From an uncultured Christensenella sp. (GTDB lineage: Bacteria > Bacillota > Clostridia > Christensenellales > UBA1242), in assembly GCA_905207515.1 (NCBI GenBank), contig CAJLLK010000001.1:12782-76781 (forward strand): a stretch of DNA of 64,000 bases, given 5' to 3'. The first letter of the stretch is position 1; each line of letters starts with the position of its first letter. This document shows positions 8,025 through 19,202 of this stretch, piece by piece. A model generated the notes under the pieces. It was not told the origin of the DNA. It made no database searches and was given only the letters and a program-made list of their open reading frames with translations. Position numbers and translations under genes: made by a program.

Positions 8025-9275
8025 ATGTTTGAGTTAAAAAAAGAAAAAACGAAGGTTGAGATTTCTCTCTCAATCGACAACGCTGAATGGGAACAAGGTG
8101 TTCAGAAAGTTTATGAGAAAACAAAAGACAAATTTAATGTTGTTGGCTTTAGAAAAGGTCATGCACCAAGAAAGGTTATTGAAAAGCAATATGGCGACAG
8201 CGTCTTTTTTGAAGACACCGTAGAATATTTTGTAAACAAAACTTTGGATGAAGTGCTTTACAAAAATCCAGATTTGGAACCTGTCACGATGCCAAAAACT
8301 CAATTTGACAGCTACACTGTGAAAGACGGGCTCAAAATGAAAATCTTTTTTGATATTGTTCCAGATTTTGAGTTGTGCCAATATAAAGGCGTGAAAATTG
8401 AAGCTCATCACAGCGATGTCAGTGAAAAAGAAGTTGACCACGAAATTCATCACATCTTGGAAGAACACGCAAAATATGAAAGTGTTGACAGAGTGGCAAA
8501 GAAAGGCGACAGCCTTGTGATTGATTTCAAAGGATACATAGACGGTGTGGCATTTGAAGGTGGAGAAGCGGAAAATTATCCACTTGAAATCGGCTCTCAC
8601 ACTTTTATCGACAATTTTGAGGACCAACTTATCGGTCACAAAAAAGGCGAAGAAGTGGATGTCAATGTGACATTCCCAGAAGATTATGCAGCAGAAGAAT
8701 TTAAGGGCAAAAAAGCTCTCTTCAAGGTGACAATCAAAGATGTTAAAGAAATGACTTTGCCAGAATTTAATGACAAATTTGTTTCAGATACGACAGAATT
8801 TGAAACGGTTGACGAGTATAGAAAACACATATCTGCTCATATTCAAACTATGAAAGACAATCAAATGGACCAAGAAATTGAATATAACATTCGAGAATAT
8901 CTTGTTAAAAATACAAATGTTGAAATTCCACAAGAAATGGTGGACGCACAAGTTGAAAGTGATTTGAGAAGAATGAGAGAAACTTTGAAAGGTTATGGCA
9001 TCACTTTGGAAGATTATCTTGGTCAGTCTGGCGTGACACTTGAAGATTATGTTAAGAATGCAAAGATAAGAACTTTAAATGCAATCAAAACAAGATATAT
9101 CTACAGAAAACTTATTGCTGAAAACAACATTGAAGTTTCGGCAAAAGAACTTGAAGAAGCAACCAAAGGCATGACTGACCCACATGATGTTACAAGAAGA
9201 GAAAACGAATTGTTGCTTGAAAAGCTTCATAAATTTTTGAAAGAAAACAATAATATAGAAGTGATTGAAGAATAA
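8025..9275 (+). CDS. tig: Trigger factor
   Basis: 416 aa. FRKGHAPRKVIEKQYG ribosome-binding signature, a central FKBP-like region, and position upstream of clpP-clpX. Strong SD ACGGAGG. Confidence 0.95.
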   Translation: MFELKKEKTKVEISLSIDNAEWEQGVQKVYEKTKDKFNVVGFRKGHAPRKVIEKQYGDSVFFEDTVEYFVNKTLDEVLYKNPDLEPVTMPKTQFDSYTVKDGLKMKIFFDIVPDFELCQYKGVKIEAHHSDVSEKEVDHEIHHILEEHAKYESVDRVAKKGDSLVIDFKGYIDGVAFEGGEAENYPLEIGSHTFIDNFEDQLIGHKKGEEVDVNVTFPEDYAAEEFKGKKALFKVTIKDVKEMTLPEFNDKFVSDTTEFETVDEYRKHISAHIQTMKDNQMDQEIEYNIREYLVKNTNVEIPQEMVDAQVESDLRRMRETLKGYGITLEDYLGQSGVTLEDYVKNAKIRTLNAIKTRYIYRKLIAENNIEVSAKELEEATKGMTDPHDVTRRENELLLEKLHKFLKENNNIEVIEE

Positions 9276-9302
9276 TCACACGTTAAAAGGAGGTGATTTT
9301 TT

Positions 9303-9896
9303 ATGTTAATTCCTATGGTCGTCGATCAAACGGGAGCAAGTGAAAGATCTTATGACATCTACTCCAGACTTTTGGAAGATAGAATTATCTTTTTGACTGG
9401 CGAAATCACCGATGCAACGGCAAATGTTGTTATCGCACAGCTCATTTATTTGGAAGGAAAAAACCCTGACAAAGACATTTATCTTTATATAAACAGCCCA
9501 GGTGGCTCAGTTTCGGCAGGAATTGCCATTTACGACACGATGAACTATATCAAATGCGATGTTTCGACAATCTGTGTCGGACTTGCCGCTTCCATGGGCG
9601 CATTTTTGCTCTCTAGCGGAACAAAAGGCAAACGTTTTGCATTGCCAAACAGTGAAATCATGATTCATCAGCCGCTTGGCGGAGCTCAAGGTCAAGCAAG
9701 CGACATTGAAATTCAGGCAAAGCATATCAAAAAGACCAAAAGCATGCTCAACAGAATTTTGAGCGAAAACACAGGCAAATCTTTGGAAGAAATTGAAAAA
9801 GACACTGACAGAGACAATTATATGACCGCAGAAGATGCCAAAAAATATGGTTTGATTGACAACATCTTTGTCACAAGAAAAGCAAAAAAAGATTAA
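9303..9896 (+). CDS. clpP: ATP-dependent Clp protease proteolytic subunit
   Basis: [29 protein letters not shown] (active Ser), MIHQPLGG (His). Confidence 0.97.
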   Translation: MLIPMVVDQTGASERSYDIYSRLLEDRIIFLTGEITDATANVVIAQLIYLEGKNPDKDIYLYINSPGGSVSAGIAIYDTMNYIKCDVSTICVGLAASMGAFLLSSGTKGKRFALPNSEIMIHQPLGGAQGQASDIEIQAKHIKKTKSMLNRILSENTGKSLEEIEKDTDRDNYMTAEDAKKYGLIDNIFVTRKAKKD

Positions 9897-9908
9897 AGGC
9901 GGTTTTGA

Positions 9909-11198
9909 ATGAAAGATATTGAATTTTGTTCTTGTTCGTTTTGTGGTCGTCCACAAAAAGCGGCAAAAAAATTGATTTCCAGTCCAAATGGAGATGCTTT
10001 TATCTGTGATGATTGCATAAGAATTTGTTCTGACATCTTGAAAGAAGAAAGCATGAAACTCAAAGTTTTTCAAGATTTGGTTTTGCCTTCTCCAAAAGAT
10101 ATCAAAAAGAGCTTGGACAACTATGTCATCGGGCAGGAACAGGCAAAAAAAGTGCTTTCTGTTGCGGTTTTCAACCATTATAAGAGAATAAATTACAACT
10201 ATCACAACAAAATCAATGCAACCAAGAAAAGCAAAGAAAATGTCAACAAAGAAAACATTTTGGAACTTGAAAAATCCAACATTTTGATGATTGGTCCAAC
10301 TGGTTCTGGAAAGACCTTGCTTGTCAAAACATTGGCAAAGATTTTGGACGTTCCTTTTGCGTGCGCAGATGCCACAACGCTGACTGAAGCAGGTTATGTC
10401 GGAGAAGATGTCGAAAATGTGCTTTTGAAACTTATTCAAAATGCTGACTATGACATCGAAAAAGCCCAGCGCGGAATAATCTATATCGACGAAATTGACA
10501 AACTTGCAAAAAAGAGCGAAAATCGTTCGTTGACACGAGATGTTGGCGGCGAAGGAGTTCAACAGGCGCTTTTGAAAATCATTGAAAGCACGATTGCCAG
10601 CGTTCCACCACAGGGTGGAAGAAAACATCCGCAACAAGAAATGTTGCAAATTGACACCACAAACATCTTGTTCATCTGTGGCGGAGCTTTTGTCGGGCTC
10701 GACGACATCATCAACAAACGTTTGTCAACAACTTCCATCGGTTTCAACGCCAACATCAAAAACTCGGCAGAAAAAACCAAGTTTGACTATTCAAAAGATG
10801 TTCAACCAGACGATTTGATCAAATTTGGACTTATTCCTGAATTTGTGGGCAGACTTCCTATCATCACTGGGCTTGACGATTTGGATCAAAGCGCACTCAA
10901 AAAGATTTTGGTAGAACCAAAAAATTCGCTTATCAAACAATATAAACAGATGTTCAAAATTGATGGTTTTGACATTGATTTTGACGATGACGCCATTGCT
11001 TACGTCGCCAAAAAAGCGATTGAACTCAAAACGGGCGCAAGAGGCATTCGAACAATCATGGAAACAAAAATGTTGGAGCTTATGTTTGACTTGCCAGACC
11101 CAAAAGTTTATAGCAAAATTGTCATAACCAAAGATTTCATCGAAAAAGGCGAGCCGCCAATTCTTGTGAAAAGGCAGGTTGAGGCTGATTGTGCATAA
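9909..11198 (+). CDS. clpX: ATP-dependent Clp protease ATP-binding subunit ClpX
   Basis: N-terminal zinc ribbon CSFCGR...CDDC, Walker A GPTGSGKT, Walker [10 protein letters not shown]. Confidence 0.97.
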   Translation: MKDIEFCSCSFCGRPQKAAKKLISSPNGDAFICDDCIRICSDILKEESMKLKVFQDLVLPSPKDIKKSLDNYVIGQEQAKKVLSVAVFNHYKRINYNYHNKINATKKSKENVNKENILELEKSNILMIGPTGSGKTLLVKTLAKILDVPFACADATTLTEAGYVGEDVENVLLKLIQNADYDIEKAQRGIIYIDEIDKLAKKSENRSLTRDVGGEGVQQALLKIIESTIASVPPQGGRKHPQQEMLQIDTTNILFICGGAFVGLDDIINKRLSTTSIGFNANIKNSAEKTKFDYSKDVQPDDLIKFGLIPEFVGRLPIITGLDDLDQSALKKILVEPKNSLIKQYKQMFKIDGFDIDFDDDAIAYVAKKAIELKTGARGIRTIMETKMLELMFDLPDPKVYSKIVITKDFIEKGEPPILVKRQVEADCA

Positions 11199-11318
11199 AA
11201 TTTTTTAATTATCTAAATTTGATTGACATAAACTTAAAAAAAAGGTAAACTATTCTCAAGTGGTTTGCCTTTTATTTTTCGTCATAAGGGCAACACTTGT
11301 TAAAAGGGGAGAAATATA

Positions 11319-12908
11319 ATGAAAAATTTGATGTTAAGTGTTTCTCCTGCACTCGTATCAGGCTTGGTTGCGGGTATCATTTGTTTGCTTGTCGGCGTTG
11401 CCGTTGGGCTTGTGATATTTAAGGTTTATAGCAGTAAAAAAATTGAAAAAAACAAATCAAATGCTATCAAAATTATTGAAGATGCGTATGCAGAAGCAAA
11501 GACTATCAAGAAAGAAGCAATTTTAGAGAGCAAAGAAAACGCTCAAAAACTGAGAGATGAAGTCGAACAAGAAGTTAAAGAACGCAGAAACGAAGTGGTT
11601 AAACTTGAAGAAAGACTGAACCAAAGAGAAGAATATATCGAGAAAAAAGAACAGGCGGTCGACAAGAAAAGCGACCAGCTTGACGAAGAAAAGAAAGATG
11701 TTGCCACTTTAAAAGAGGCTCTTGAAAAACAAAAGCAAGAAGGCGAAAATTTGAAAGCTCAAATTTTGGAAGAACTTGAGCGTGTGGCAAAACTTTCTAA
11801 ACAAGAAGCCAAAGACATGCTCATTTCAAGCATGAAAAATGACGCTCAAAAAGAAGCTGCGGTCATTGTTAAACAGATTGAAGACGAAGCCAAAGAAAAC
11901 GGCGAAAAGAAAGCTCGCGAAATCATCGGTCAAGCGCTTCAAAGATGTGCAACTGAAACAACCAGCGAAATGACTGTTTCTGTTGTGGCTCTTCCTAATG
12001 ACGAAATGAAAGGAAGAATCATCGGGCGCGAAGGCAGAAACATCAGAGCAATCGAAGCTGCAACAGGTGTGGAACTTATTGTGGATGACACTCCAGAAAG
12101 CATCACAGTTTCGGGTTTTGACCCAATCAGAAGAGAAGTGGCAAGGCTCAGCCTTGAAAAACTGATTTCAGACGGAAGAATTCATCCGACAAGAATTGAA
12201 GAAATTGTCGACAAAATGCAAAAAGAAGTTGAAAAAATCACAAAACAGGCGGGCGAAGAAGCTTGCAACGAAACCGGCATTTTCAACTTAAATCCAGAAC
12301 TTGTCAAGATTTTGGGCAGACTGAAATATCGAACAAGTTATGGTCAAAATGTTTTGAAACATTCCATTGAAACATCAATTATCGCAGGGCTTCTTGCCAG
12401 CGAAATGGGCGCAAATGTCAAAATCGCCAAACGCGGTGGGCTTTTGCATGACATCGGCAAGGCGCTCGACCACGAATTGGAAGGCACTCATGTTCAAATT
12501 GGTGTTGACCTTGCAAGAAAATATGGCGAAAATGAAGCAGTTGTTCATTGCATCGAAGCACATCACTTCAACGTTGAATTTAAAACCATTGAAGCGGTCA
12601 TTGTTCAGGTTGCGGATGCAATTTCAAGTTCTCGACCAGGTGCAAGAAGAGACAGCTTTGAAAATTATATCAAACGTCTTCAACAACTTGAAGAAATCGC
12701 CAATGGCTTTGACGGCGTGGAAAAATCTTACGCTGTTCAGGCAGGCAGAGAAGTGAGAATTATTGTCAAACCAGAACAAATCTCTGACAGTCAGGCGATG
12801 TTTATGGCAAAAGAAATTGCCACAAAAATTGAAAACGAAATGCAGTATCCAGGGCAAATCAAAGTCAATGTCATCAGAGAAAGTCGTTTCACAGAAACAG
12901 CAAAATAG
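11319..12908 (+). CDS. rny: Ribonuclease Y
   Basis: N-terminal TM helix, long coiled coil, KH domain (GRIIGREGRNIRAIE), HD domain (LLHDIGKA). Confidence 0.95.
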   Translation: MKNLMLSVSPALVSGLVAGIICLLVGVAVGLVIFKVYSSKKIEKNKSNAIKIIEDAYAEAKTIKKEAILESKENAQKLRDEVEQEVKERRNEVVKLEERLNQREEYIEKKEQAVDKKSDQLDEEKKDVATLKEALEKQKQEGENLKAQILEELERVAKLSKQEAKDMLISSMKNDAQKEAAVIVKQIEDEAKENGEKKAREIIGQALQRCATETTSEMTVSVVALPNDEMKGRIIGREGRNIRAIEAATGVELIVDDTPESITVSGFDPIRREVARLSLEKLISDGRIHPTRIEEIVDKMQKEVEKITKQAGEEACNETGIFNLNPELVKILGRLKYRTSYGQNVLKHSIETSIIAGLLASEMGANVKIAKRGGLLHDIGKALDHELEGTHVQIGVDLARKYGENEAVVHCIEAHHFNVEFKTIEAVIVQVADAISSSRPGARRDSFENYIKRLQQLEEIANGFDGVEKSYAVQAGREVRIIVKPEQISDSQAMFMAKEIATKIENEMQYPGQIKVNVIRESRFTETAK

Positions 12909-12953
12909 TGAAATTTTGCTTTGACAAAGCATAAAAAATAAAAGGAGAAAATT

Positions 12954-13295
12954 ATGGCTGAAAAGAAAAAAACATCAAGCTCAAGTTCAAACACAAAACC
13001 AAAAAGAACTTGGTCGTCCACAAAAATTTTGGACTGCGTGGCTTATTTTGCAATCATCTTCATTGCAATTGCACTGATTTTTAGATTGGCATTTAAAGAA
13101 CACGCTCCAGAAGTTTCGGGCGCTTTTGCTTCAATCGGCGAATGTTTGGCTTACATTGTCTGCATTTGGCTTGGCTTCTATTGGGTTATGCGAAAAAATT
13201 ATAACGGTTGGAACAAGCACAATGTTTGGTGGCTGATTTGCTGGATTGTGGCAACTGTTGTCATCGTTGTGGTTTATATCTTCGCTTTGATTTAA
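12954..13295 (+). CDS. Small membrane protein, function unknown
   Basis: 113 aa. SD AAAGGAGAA, basic Ser-rich N-terminus, three predicted TM helices. Confidence 0.5.
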   Translation: MAEKKKTSSSSSNTKPKRTWSSTKILDCVAYFAIIFIAIALIFRLAFKEHAPEVSGAFASIGECLAYIVCIWLGFYWVMRKNYNGWNKHNVWWLICWIVATVVIVVVYIFALI

Positions 13296-13305
13296 TGGAG
13301 AAATT

Positions 13306-13674
13306 GTGGCTTATATAATCACCATTGTTGCCGTCGTTTTGGCAGGAATTTTCGCACTTCTCGTGGATGTTTGGGCAAGCTTTGTCTATTTTGTGCTTGC
13401 CATTCTTCTCTTGTTGGCGCTGTTTTGGGGTGGCTGGCTGATTTACAAATATTTCACTGCTTACCAAAAAGAAGTGGAAGACGGTTTTGCTCTTTTCAAA
13501 GCGCAAATCATCAACTCAAAAAACATTTCAACAGAAGAATTTGACGCGTCGCTTGAATATTACAAAAAAGAATACGCCAAAAGCTTGAAAAAAGAGAAGT
13601 TTATGAAATGGCTGGCAATTTGCTTTTGCTTTGCAGTGGCTGCGGCTTTTGTTTTGGGCATGATTTATTATTAA
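13306..13674 (+). CDS. Small membrane protein, function unknown (GTG start)
   Basis: 122 aa. GGAGA SD 5 nt before the GTG. Two N-terminal and one C-terminal TM helices. Followed by a terminator. Confidence 0.5.
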   Translation: MAYIITIVAVVLAGIFALLVDVWASFVYFVLAILLLLALFWGGWLIYKYFTAYQKEVEDGFALFKAQIINSKNISTEEFDASLEYYKKEYAKSLKKEKFMKWLAICFCFAVAAAFVLGMIYY

Positions 13675-13677
13675 ATT

Positions 13678-13707
13678 TAAAAACAGTCAAAAATGGCTGT
13701 TTTTTTA
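13678..13707 (+). terminator. Intrinsic terminator after the two small membrane protein genes
   Basis: AAAAACAGTCaaaaatGGCTGTTTTTTT. Confidence 0.6.
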
Positions 13708-13785
13708 TTGTTTTTTACATAATTGTGTAAATTGTTTTGAATTGTTGTCGCTTTTTGATATAATAATCAAAGTTTAGGGGTTTGT

Positions 13786-15327
13786 ATGTTATCTAAAGTG
13801 AACAGTTTTGGGCTTCTGGGCATAGACGGATTTTTGACGCAAATAGAAACAGATATCGTTGGCGGAGTTCCGCACTTCGAGCTTGTTGGTCTGGGCGACA
13901 CGGCTGTCAAAGAAGCCAAAGAAAGGGTCAAGTCGGCAATCAGAAATTCGGGTTTTGAATATCCTGTCAAACATTACACAATCAATCTTGCTCCAGCAGA
14001 TGTCAAAAAAGAAGGTCCGCTCTATGACCTTGGAATTGCTGTCGGCATTTTGGCAGCATCTGAACAAATTAAAACCAAAAAATATAAAGATTTCATTTTT
14101 TTAGGCGAACTTTCTCTTGACGGTTCGCTGAAAAAAGTGCGTGGTGTTTTGCCAATTCTTATCAGTGCAAGAAATTTGGGCTATCGAAAATTTATCATTC
14201 CAAAGGACAACGCCGAAGAAGCGAAATTTATTTCTGGCATGGAAATTTACGCTTTTTCCAGCCTTAGAGAAGTGGTGGAATTTTTGAACGATGAAAATGT
14301 TGTGCCTGCAGTGAAACTTGAAACAAAAACCTTTGAAGAAGTGACAAAAAATGTCAACAATCGTCTCGATTTTGAAAATGTAAAAGGTCAGGCTTCTGCA
14401 AAAAGAGCGTTGGAAATTGCGGCGGCAGGCGGGCACAACGTTTTGATGATTGGTCCACCGGGAAGTGGGAAAAGCATGCTTGCCAAGTGCTTTTCTGGAA
14501 TTTTGCCAGACCTGACTTTTGAAGAAGCTTTGGAAGTGACAAAAATCCATTCCATTGCAGGCACGCTTGACCTTAAAAAAGGGATTATCACTGAAAGACC
14601 TTTCAGAACGCCACATCACACGGCTTCGGTTGTCAGTTTGACAGGTGGCGGAAATCACAGCAAGCCTGGCGAAATCAGTCTGGCACACAACGGTGTGCTT
14701 TATCTGGACGAATTTCCAGAATACACTCGCTCGCTTATTGAAACTTTAAGACAACCGCTTGAAGACGGCTACATAACTGTTGCAAGAGCCAATCAGACGG
14801 TGACTTATCCGTCAAACTTCACGCTTATTGCCAGCATGAACCCTTGTCCGTGTGGAAATTACGGCTCAAAAGACAGAGAGTGCAAATGTTCGCCGTCTCA
14901 AATTCACAAATATCTTTCAAAGATTTCTGGTCCGATTATGGACAGAATTGACATTCACATCGAAGTCGACAACATTTCTTACAACGATTTGCACAGCGAC
15001 AAAAAAGAAGAGAGTTCGGCTGACATAAAAAAACGTGTTGATAAGGCAAGAAACATTCAACTCGAAAGATTTAAAGGCACAAAAACTTTTTCAAATGCCA
15101 AAATGAGTGTGCCGCAAACGAAAAAATTTTGCAAACTTTCGCCACAGTGCGAACAGCTTCTGGAACAAGCTTTCACAAATTTGAAATTGAGTGCCAGAGC
15201 GCATGACAGAATTTTGAAAGTTGCGCGAACGATAGCCGACCTTGCAGGCGAAGAAGAGATTTTGCCGCAGCACATTGCAGAAGCCGTTTCTTATCGCGGG
15301 CTGGACAGAAAATATTGGAATATTTAA
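13786..15327 (+). CDS. comM: YifB/ComM family Mg-chelatase-like ATPase
   Basis: Lon-protease-like N-domain, Walker A GPPGSGKS, Walker B VLYLDEFPE, C-terminal ChlI-like region. Confidence 0.9.
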   Translation: MLSKVNSFGLLGIDGFLTQIETDIVGGVPHFELVGLGDTAVKEAKERVKSAIRNSGFEYPVKHYTINLAPADVKKEGPLYDLGIAVGILAASEQIKTKKYKDFIFLGELSLDGSLKKVRGVLPILISARNLGYRKFIIPKDNAEEAKFISGMEIYAFSSLREVVEFLNDENVVPAVKLETKTFEEVTKNVNNRLDFENVKGQASAKRALEIAAAGGHNVLMIGPPGSGKSMLAKCFSGILPDLTFEEALEVTKIHSIAGTLDLKKGIITERPFRTPHHTASVVSLTGGGNHSKPGEISLAHNGVLYLDEFPEYTRSLIETLRQPLEDGYITVARANQTVTYPSNFTLIASMNPCPCGNYGSKDRECKCSPSQIHKYLSKISGPIMDRIDIHIEVDNISYNDLHSDKKEESSADIKKRVDKARNIQLERFKGTKTFSNAKMSVPQTKKFCKLSPQCEQLLEQAFTNLKLSARAHDRILKVARTIADLAGEEEILPQHIAEAVSYRGLDRKYWNI

Positions 15328-15339
15328 TTGGAGAAAAAT

Positions 15340-16425
15340 TTGATAACTGAAAAGAAAAAATTGTTGATATTGATGGCAACGTGTGAAATTCCAAACAAAA
15401 AACAAGAACAAATTTTGGAAACTTTGGAAGATTTTGGCGGAGATTTGGATGTTGAAAAAGTTTTAAGAGACAAAAATTTTGAACAGATGTTGTCAACCGA
15501 AGAATTTCACAAAATTCTCAAAACTTATGACCGAAGAACGCTAAATTCCATGGTTGAAAATTTGGAAAAGCAAAATTATAAGATTTTGACAACTGACGAC
15601 AGCGAATATCCGTCGCGTCTTTTGGACTTGCCTGAAAGACCGCTGATTTTGTTTGCAAAAGGCGATTTAAGCCTGACAAACCAAACTTCCGTTGCCATTG
15701 TCGGCACCAGAATGCCGTCAAACTATGGCAAGATTGTCACAGCAAGATTTGCCGAAGATTTGGCACGTGCGGGATTTGTGATTATCAGCGGGTTGTGTTA
15801 TGGCGTTGACGAAATTTCTCATCGCAAAACGCTTGAAGTCGGCGGAAAGACCATTGCGGTCATTGCCAGCGGTTTCAACAACATCTATCCAGCCGAAAAC
15901 ACCAATTTGGCAGAAGAAATCGCCGAAAATGGCTTGATTTTGTCGGAATATCCGCCGTCGTTTAAATCTAAAAGATACACCTTTCCAAAACGCAACAGGA
16001 TTGTTGCGGGGCTTTCTGACGGCGTGCTTATCACCGAAGCCAGCATGAACAGCGGCACAAAACACACCAAAGAATATGCTTTGGAATATGGCAAAGACAT
16101 CTTCGCCGTGCCAGGAAACATCACCAGCAACAAAAGCGAATTGACAAATTTTATCATCAAATCTGGTCAGGCGCAGTGTGTTACAGACGCTGAAGACATC
16201 ATAAGCTATTATGGAATGGAAAAGCGCGCCAAAAAGCAACAGGTCATTTCGCTCAACTTTGAAGAACAGTTGATTGTTGACGCTTTGAAAGACGGCGAGA
16301 AAGATTTTGACTTTTTGACAGAAAAAACTCAAATTCCTGTCAATATTTTGAACAGTTATTTGACAACTTTGGAAATTCGTGGTTTAATAAGAAAGTTGCC
16401 GTCTCAGGTTTACGCTTTAGTTTGA
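15340..16425 (+). CDS. dprA: DNA processing protein DprA (TTG start at 15340 preferred; in-frame TTG also at 15328)
   Basis: VGTRMPSNYG, SGLCYGVDEISHR, FAVPGNITS. GGAG lies 6 nt before the TTG at 15340. Confidence 0.88.
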   Translation: MITEKKKLLILMATCEIPNKKQEQILETLEDFGGDLDVEKVLRDKNFEQMLSTEEFHKILKTYDRRTLNSMVENLEKQNYKILTTDDSEYPSRLLDLPERPLILFAKGDLSLTNQTSVAIVGTRMPSNYGKIVTARFAEDLARAGFVIISGLCYGVDEISHRKTLEVGGKTIAVIASGFNNIYPAENTNLAEEIAENGLILSEYPPSFKSKRYTFPKRNRIVAGLSDGVLITEASMNSGTKHTKEYALEYGKDIFAVPGNITSNKSELTNFIIKSGQAQCVTDAEDIISYYGMEKRAKKQQVISLNFEEQLIVDALKDGEKDFDFLTEKTQIPVNILNSYLTTLEIRGLIRKLPSQVYALV

Positions 16426-16450
16426 TTTTAATTTAAAGGAGTGAAAAAAT

Positions 16451-18526
16451 TTGAAGCTCGTAGTTATTGAAGCCCCAGCAAAAAGGGAAACGTTAAAAAA
16501 ATATTTGGGCAGTGGCTATGAAGTTTTTGCCACCAAAGGTCACATCAGAGACCTGCCAGCAAAGTCTTTTGCCATTGATTTAAACAATAATTTTGAACCA
16601 CATTATGAAAATAATCCTGACAAAAAACAACTTATTGCTGATTTGAAAAAGAAAGCAGCTTCGGCTGAAGAAGTTTTGATTGCAACCGACCCTGACCGAG
16701 AAGGTGAGGCGATTTCTTGGCATGTTGCGCATGTTTTGGGCTTGGACCTAAACACAAAATGCCGAATTCAGTTCAACGAAATTTCGAAAAAAGCCGTTTT
16801 GAAAGCTTTGTCAGAGCCGCGAACGATTGACCTAAACTTGGTCAATGCTCAACAGGCAAGGCGCGTTATGGACAGAATTGTGGGATACAAACTTTCTCCA
16901 ATTCTTTCCAAAAAAATTGCACCAAAACTTTCAGCAGGCAGGGTGCAGTCGGTTGCGCTGAAGCTTGTTGTCGACAGAGAAATTGAAATTGAAAACTTTA
17001 AGCCAGAAGAATATTGGACAGTGTCAGCAATGCACGAAAAAGATGAGGTGAAATTTAAATCCAATTTGACTTCTTTCAAAAACAAAAAAATCAAGATTTC
17101 AAACAAAGAAGAAGTGGAAAAAGTTTTGTCTGACATCAAAGGAAAGCCTTTTGTTGTCGACGAAATCAAGCGAACAAAAACAAAATCTCACGCTTTGCCA
17201 CCGTTCACAACCAGCACCATGCAACAAGATGCGCTCAACAAGCTTGGCATGACATTGAAACGCACAACGGCTTCCGCTCAAGAGCTTTATGAAGGCGTTG
17301 AAGTGAAAGGCGAAGGAAAAATTGCACTTATCACTTACATCAGAACAGACTCCACGCGTGTGGCGGTTGAAGCTCAAAACGCTTGTCGAGATTTTATTGC
17401 CGAAAAATATGGCAAAAACTATGTTCCAGAAAAACCGAACATATATGCCACAAAAAAGAACGCTCAAGACGCTCACGAAGCCATTCGACCTATTTCAATG
17501 CAGATGACGCCAGAAAAGGTTAAAGACAGTTTGAGCAAAGACAATTTCAGGCTCTATAAGTTGATTTACGAGCGTTTTATTGCCAGCCAAATGAGCGAAG
17601 CGGAATATTCCAACGTCAATGTTTCAATCAAAGTGAATGACTACACATTCAAAGCGGTCGGCAAAACGCTGGAATTTGCTGGTTACACGGCGGTTTATAA
17701 AGAATGGACTGATGACGAAAAGCAAGAGATAAGCAAATTGCCAAAACTGGAAGAAAGTGAAGAAATCAAGGTCTTGGAAATCAAAGAAGAACAAAAATTT
17801 ACCAAACCGCCAGCAAGATACACCGAAGCCAGCCTTGTGAAAGCAATGGAAGAAAAGGGCATTGGCCGTCCTGCAACTTACGCCGCAACAATCACCATTT
17901 TGACGGCGAGAAACTATTGCACCAAAGACGGAAGATATCTTGTTCCGACCGAACTTGGCAGAAAAATCACCGCTTATCTTGAAAAGTTTTTCAAGGGCGT
18001 TATCAATGTGAAATTTACCGCTCACATGGAAAACAGACTTGATGACATCGCCGAAAACAAAGATGATTGGCACAGCGTCGTTCAAAGTTTTTGGGACGGC
18101 TTTCACGAACTTCTGGACAAAGCTGGCGCCAGCAACTTGACCATGAAAGCAGAACCAATCGAAACAGATGTTATCTGCGAAAAATGTGGGCATAAAATGC
18201 TTTTAAGAGAGGGGCGTTATGGCAAATTTTTGGGCTGCTCAAACTTTCCAAAATGCCACAATGTCAAACCTTACGAAAGCGAAGAAAAGAAACCTGTTGG
18301 AAAGTGTCCAAACTGTGGAAAGAATGTTTTTGCGCTCAAAACCAAACGTGGCAAAACTTTTTATGCCTGTGAGGACAGAGAAAATTGCAATTTTATGAGT
18401 TGGGACATTCCGACAGGCGAAAAATGCCCAAAATGTGGAAAATATTTGATTAAGAAAGGCAAAAAAATCAAATGTTCTGCTTGTGACTATGAAATTTCGA
18501 CAGAAAATAATGAAAAAATGAATTGA
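16451..18526 (+). CDS. topA: DNA topoisomerase I (TTG start)
   Basis: TOPRIM start VIEAPAKRETLKKYLG, ATDPDREGEAISWH, active-site region ITYIRTDS, C-terminal Cys4 zinc ribbons. Confidence 0.95.
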   Translation: MKLVVIEAPAKRETLKKYLGSGYEVFATKGHIRDLPAKSFAIDLNNNFEPHYENNPDKKQLIADLKKKAASAEEVLIATDPDREGEAISWHVAHVLGLDLNTKCRIQFNEISKKAVLKALSEPRTIDLNLVNAQQARRVMDRIVGYKLSPILSKKIAPKLSAGRVQSVALKLVVDREIEIENFKPEEYWTVSAMHEKDEVKFKSNLTSFKNKKIKISNKEEVEKVLSDIKGKPFVVDEIKRTKTKSHALPPFTTSTMQQDALNKLGMTLKRTTASAQELYEGVEVKGEGKIALITYIRTDSTRVAVEAQNACRDFIAEKYGKNYVPEKPNIYATKKNAQDAHEAIRPISMQMTPEKVKDSLSKDNFRLYKLIYERFIASQMSEAEYSNVNVSIKVNDYTFKAVGKTLEFAGYTAVYKEWTDDEKQEISKLPKLEESEEIKVLEIKEEQKFTKPPARYTEASLVKAMEEKGIGRPATYAATITILTARNYCTKDGRYLVPTELGRKITAYLEKFFKGVINVKFTAHMENRLDDIAENKDDWHSVVQSFWDGFHELLDKAGASNLTMKAEPIETDVICEKCGHKMLLREGRYGKFLGCSNFPKCHNVKPYESEEKKPVGKCPNCGKNVFALKTKRGKTFYACEDRENCNFMSWDIPTGEKCPKCGKYLIKKGKKIKCSACDYEISTENNEKMN

Positions 18527-18641
18527 TTAAAGTTCAATTCTTTTTTTATGTAATCTTTTAAAATGGTTAGGTTATTTGCAAGCTTTTGTGTTATAATTTT
18601 ATTAGGGGTTTTATCCTTTCAAAAAAATAGGAGAAGAAAAA

Positions 18642-19184
18642 ATGGAAGAAACTTTATTTAGAGGCACCACCATTTGTGCAGTCAAACGAAATGGAAAGAT
18701 TGTCGTTGCGGGAGACGGACAAGTTACCATGCAAAACAGCATCATCTTCAAAAGTAACGCAAAAAAAGTGAGAAGAATTTACAACAACAGCGTTGTCATA
18801 GGCTTTGCCGGAAGTGTCGCTGATGCTTTTTCTTTGAGCGAAAAATTTGAAGCTATGCTCAACAAGTTTGCTGGAAATCTTATGCGAAGCGCTGTCGAAC
18901 TTGCGCAAACTTGGCGTGAAGACAAAGCTGTCAGAAAACTTGAAGCGATGATGATTGTTGCAGACAAAAACCATATGCTCATTTTGGACGGAACAGGCGA
19001 TGTTATTGAGCCACAAGATGACGTTTGTGCAATCGGTTCGGGCGGAAATTACGCTTTTGCGGCTGCCAAAGCGCTCATCGAAAACACTGATATGGAAGCA
19101 AAAGAAATTGCTTACAAGGCGCTGAAAATTGCCAGCGAAATTTGCGTTTTCACAAACGATAACATCATTGTGGAAGAATTGTAA
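18642..19184 (+). CDS. hslV: ATP-dependent protease subunit HslV
   Basis: N-terminal [22 protein letters not shown] and [14 protein letters not shown]. Confidence 0.95.
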   Translation: MEETLFRGTTICAVKRNGKIVVAGDGQVTMQNSIIFKSNAKKVRRIYNNSVVIGFAGSVADAFSLSEKFEAMLNKFAGNLMRSAVELAQTWREDKAVRKLEAMMIVADKNHMLILDGTGDVIEPQDDVCAIGSGGNYAFAAAKALIENTDMEAKEIAYKALKIASEICVFTNDNIIVEEL

Positions 19185-19202
19185 GAGAAAGGAGTTTAAA
19201 TT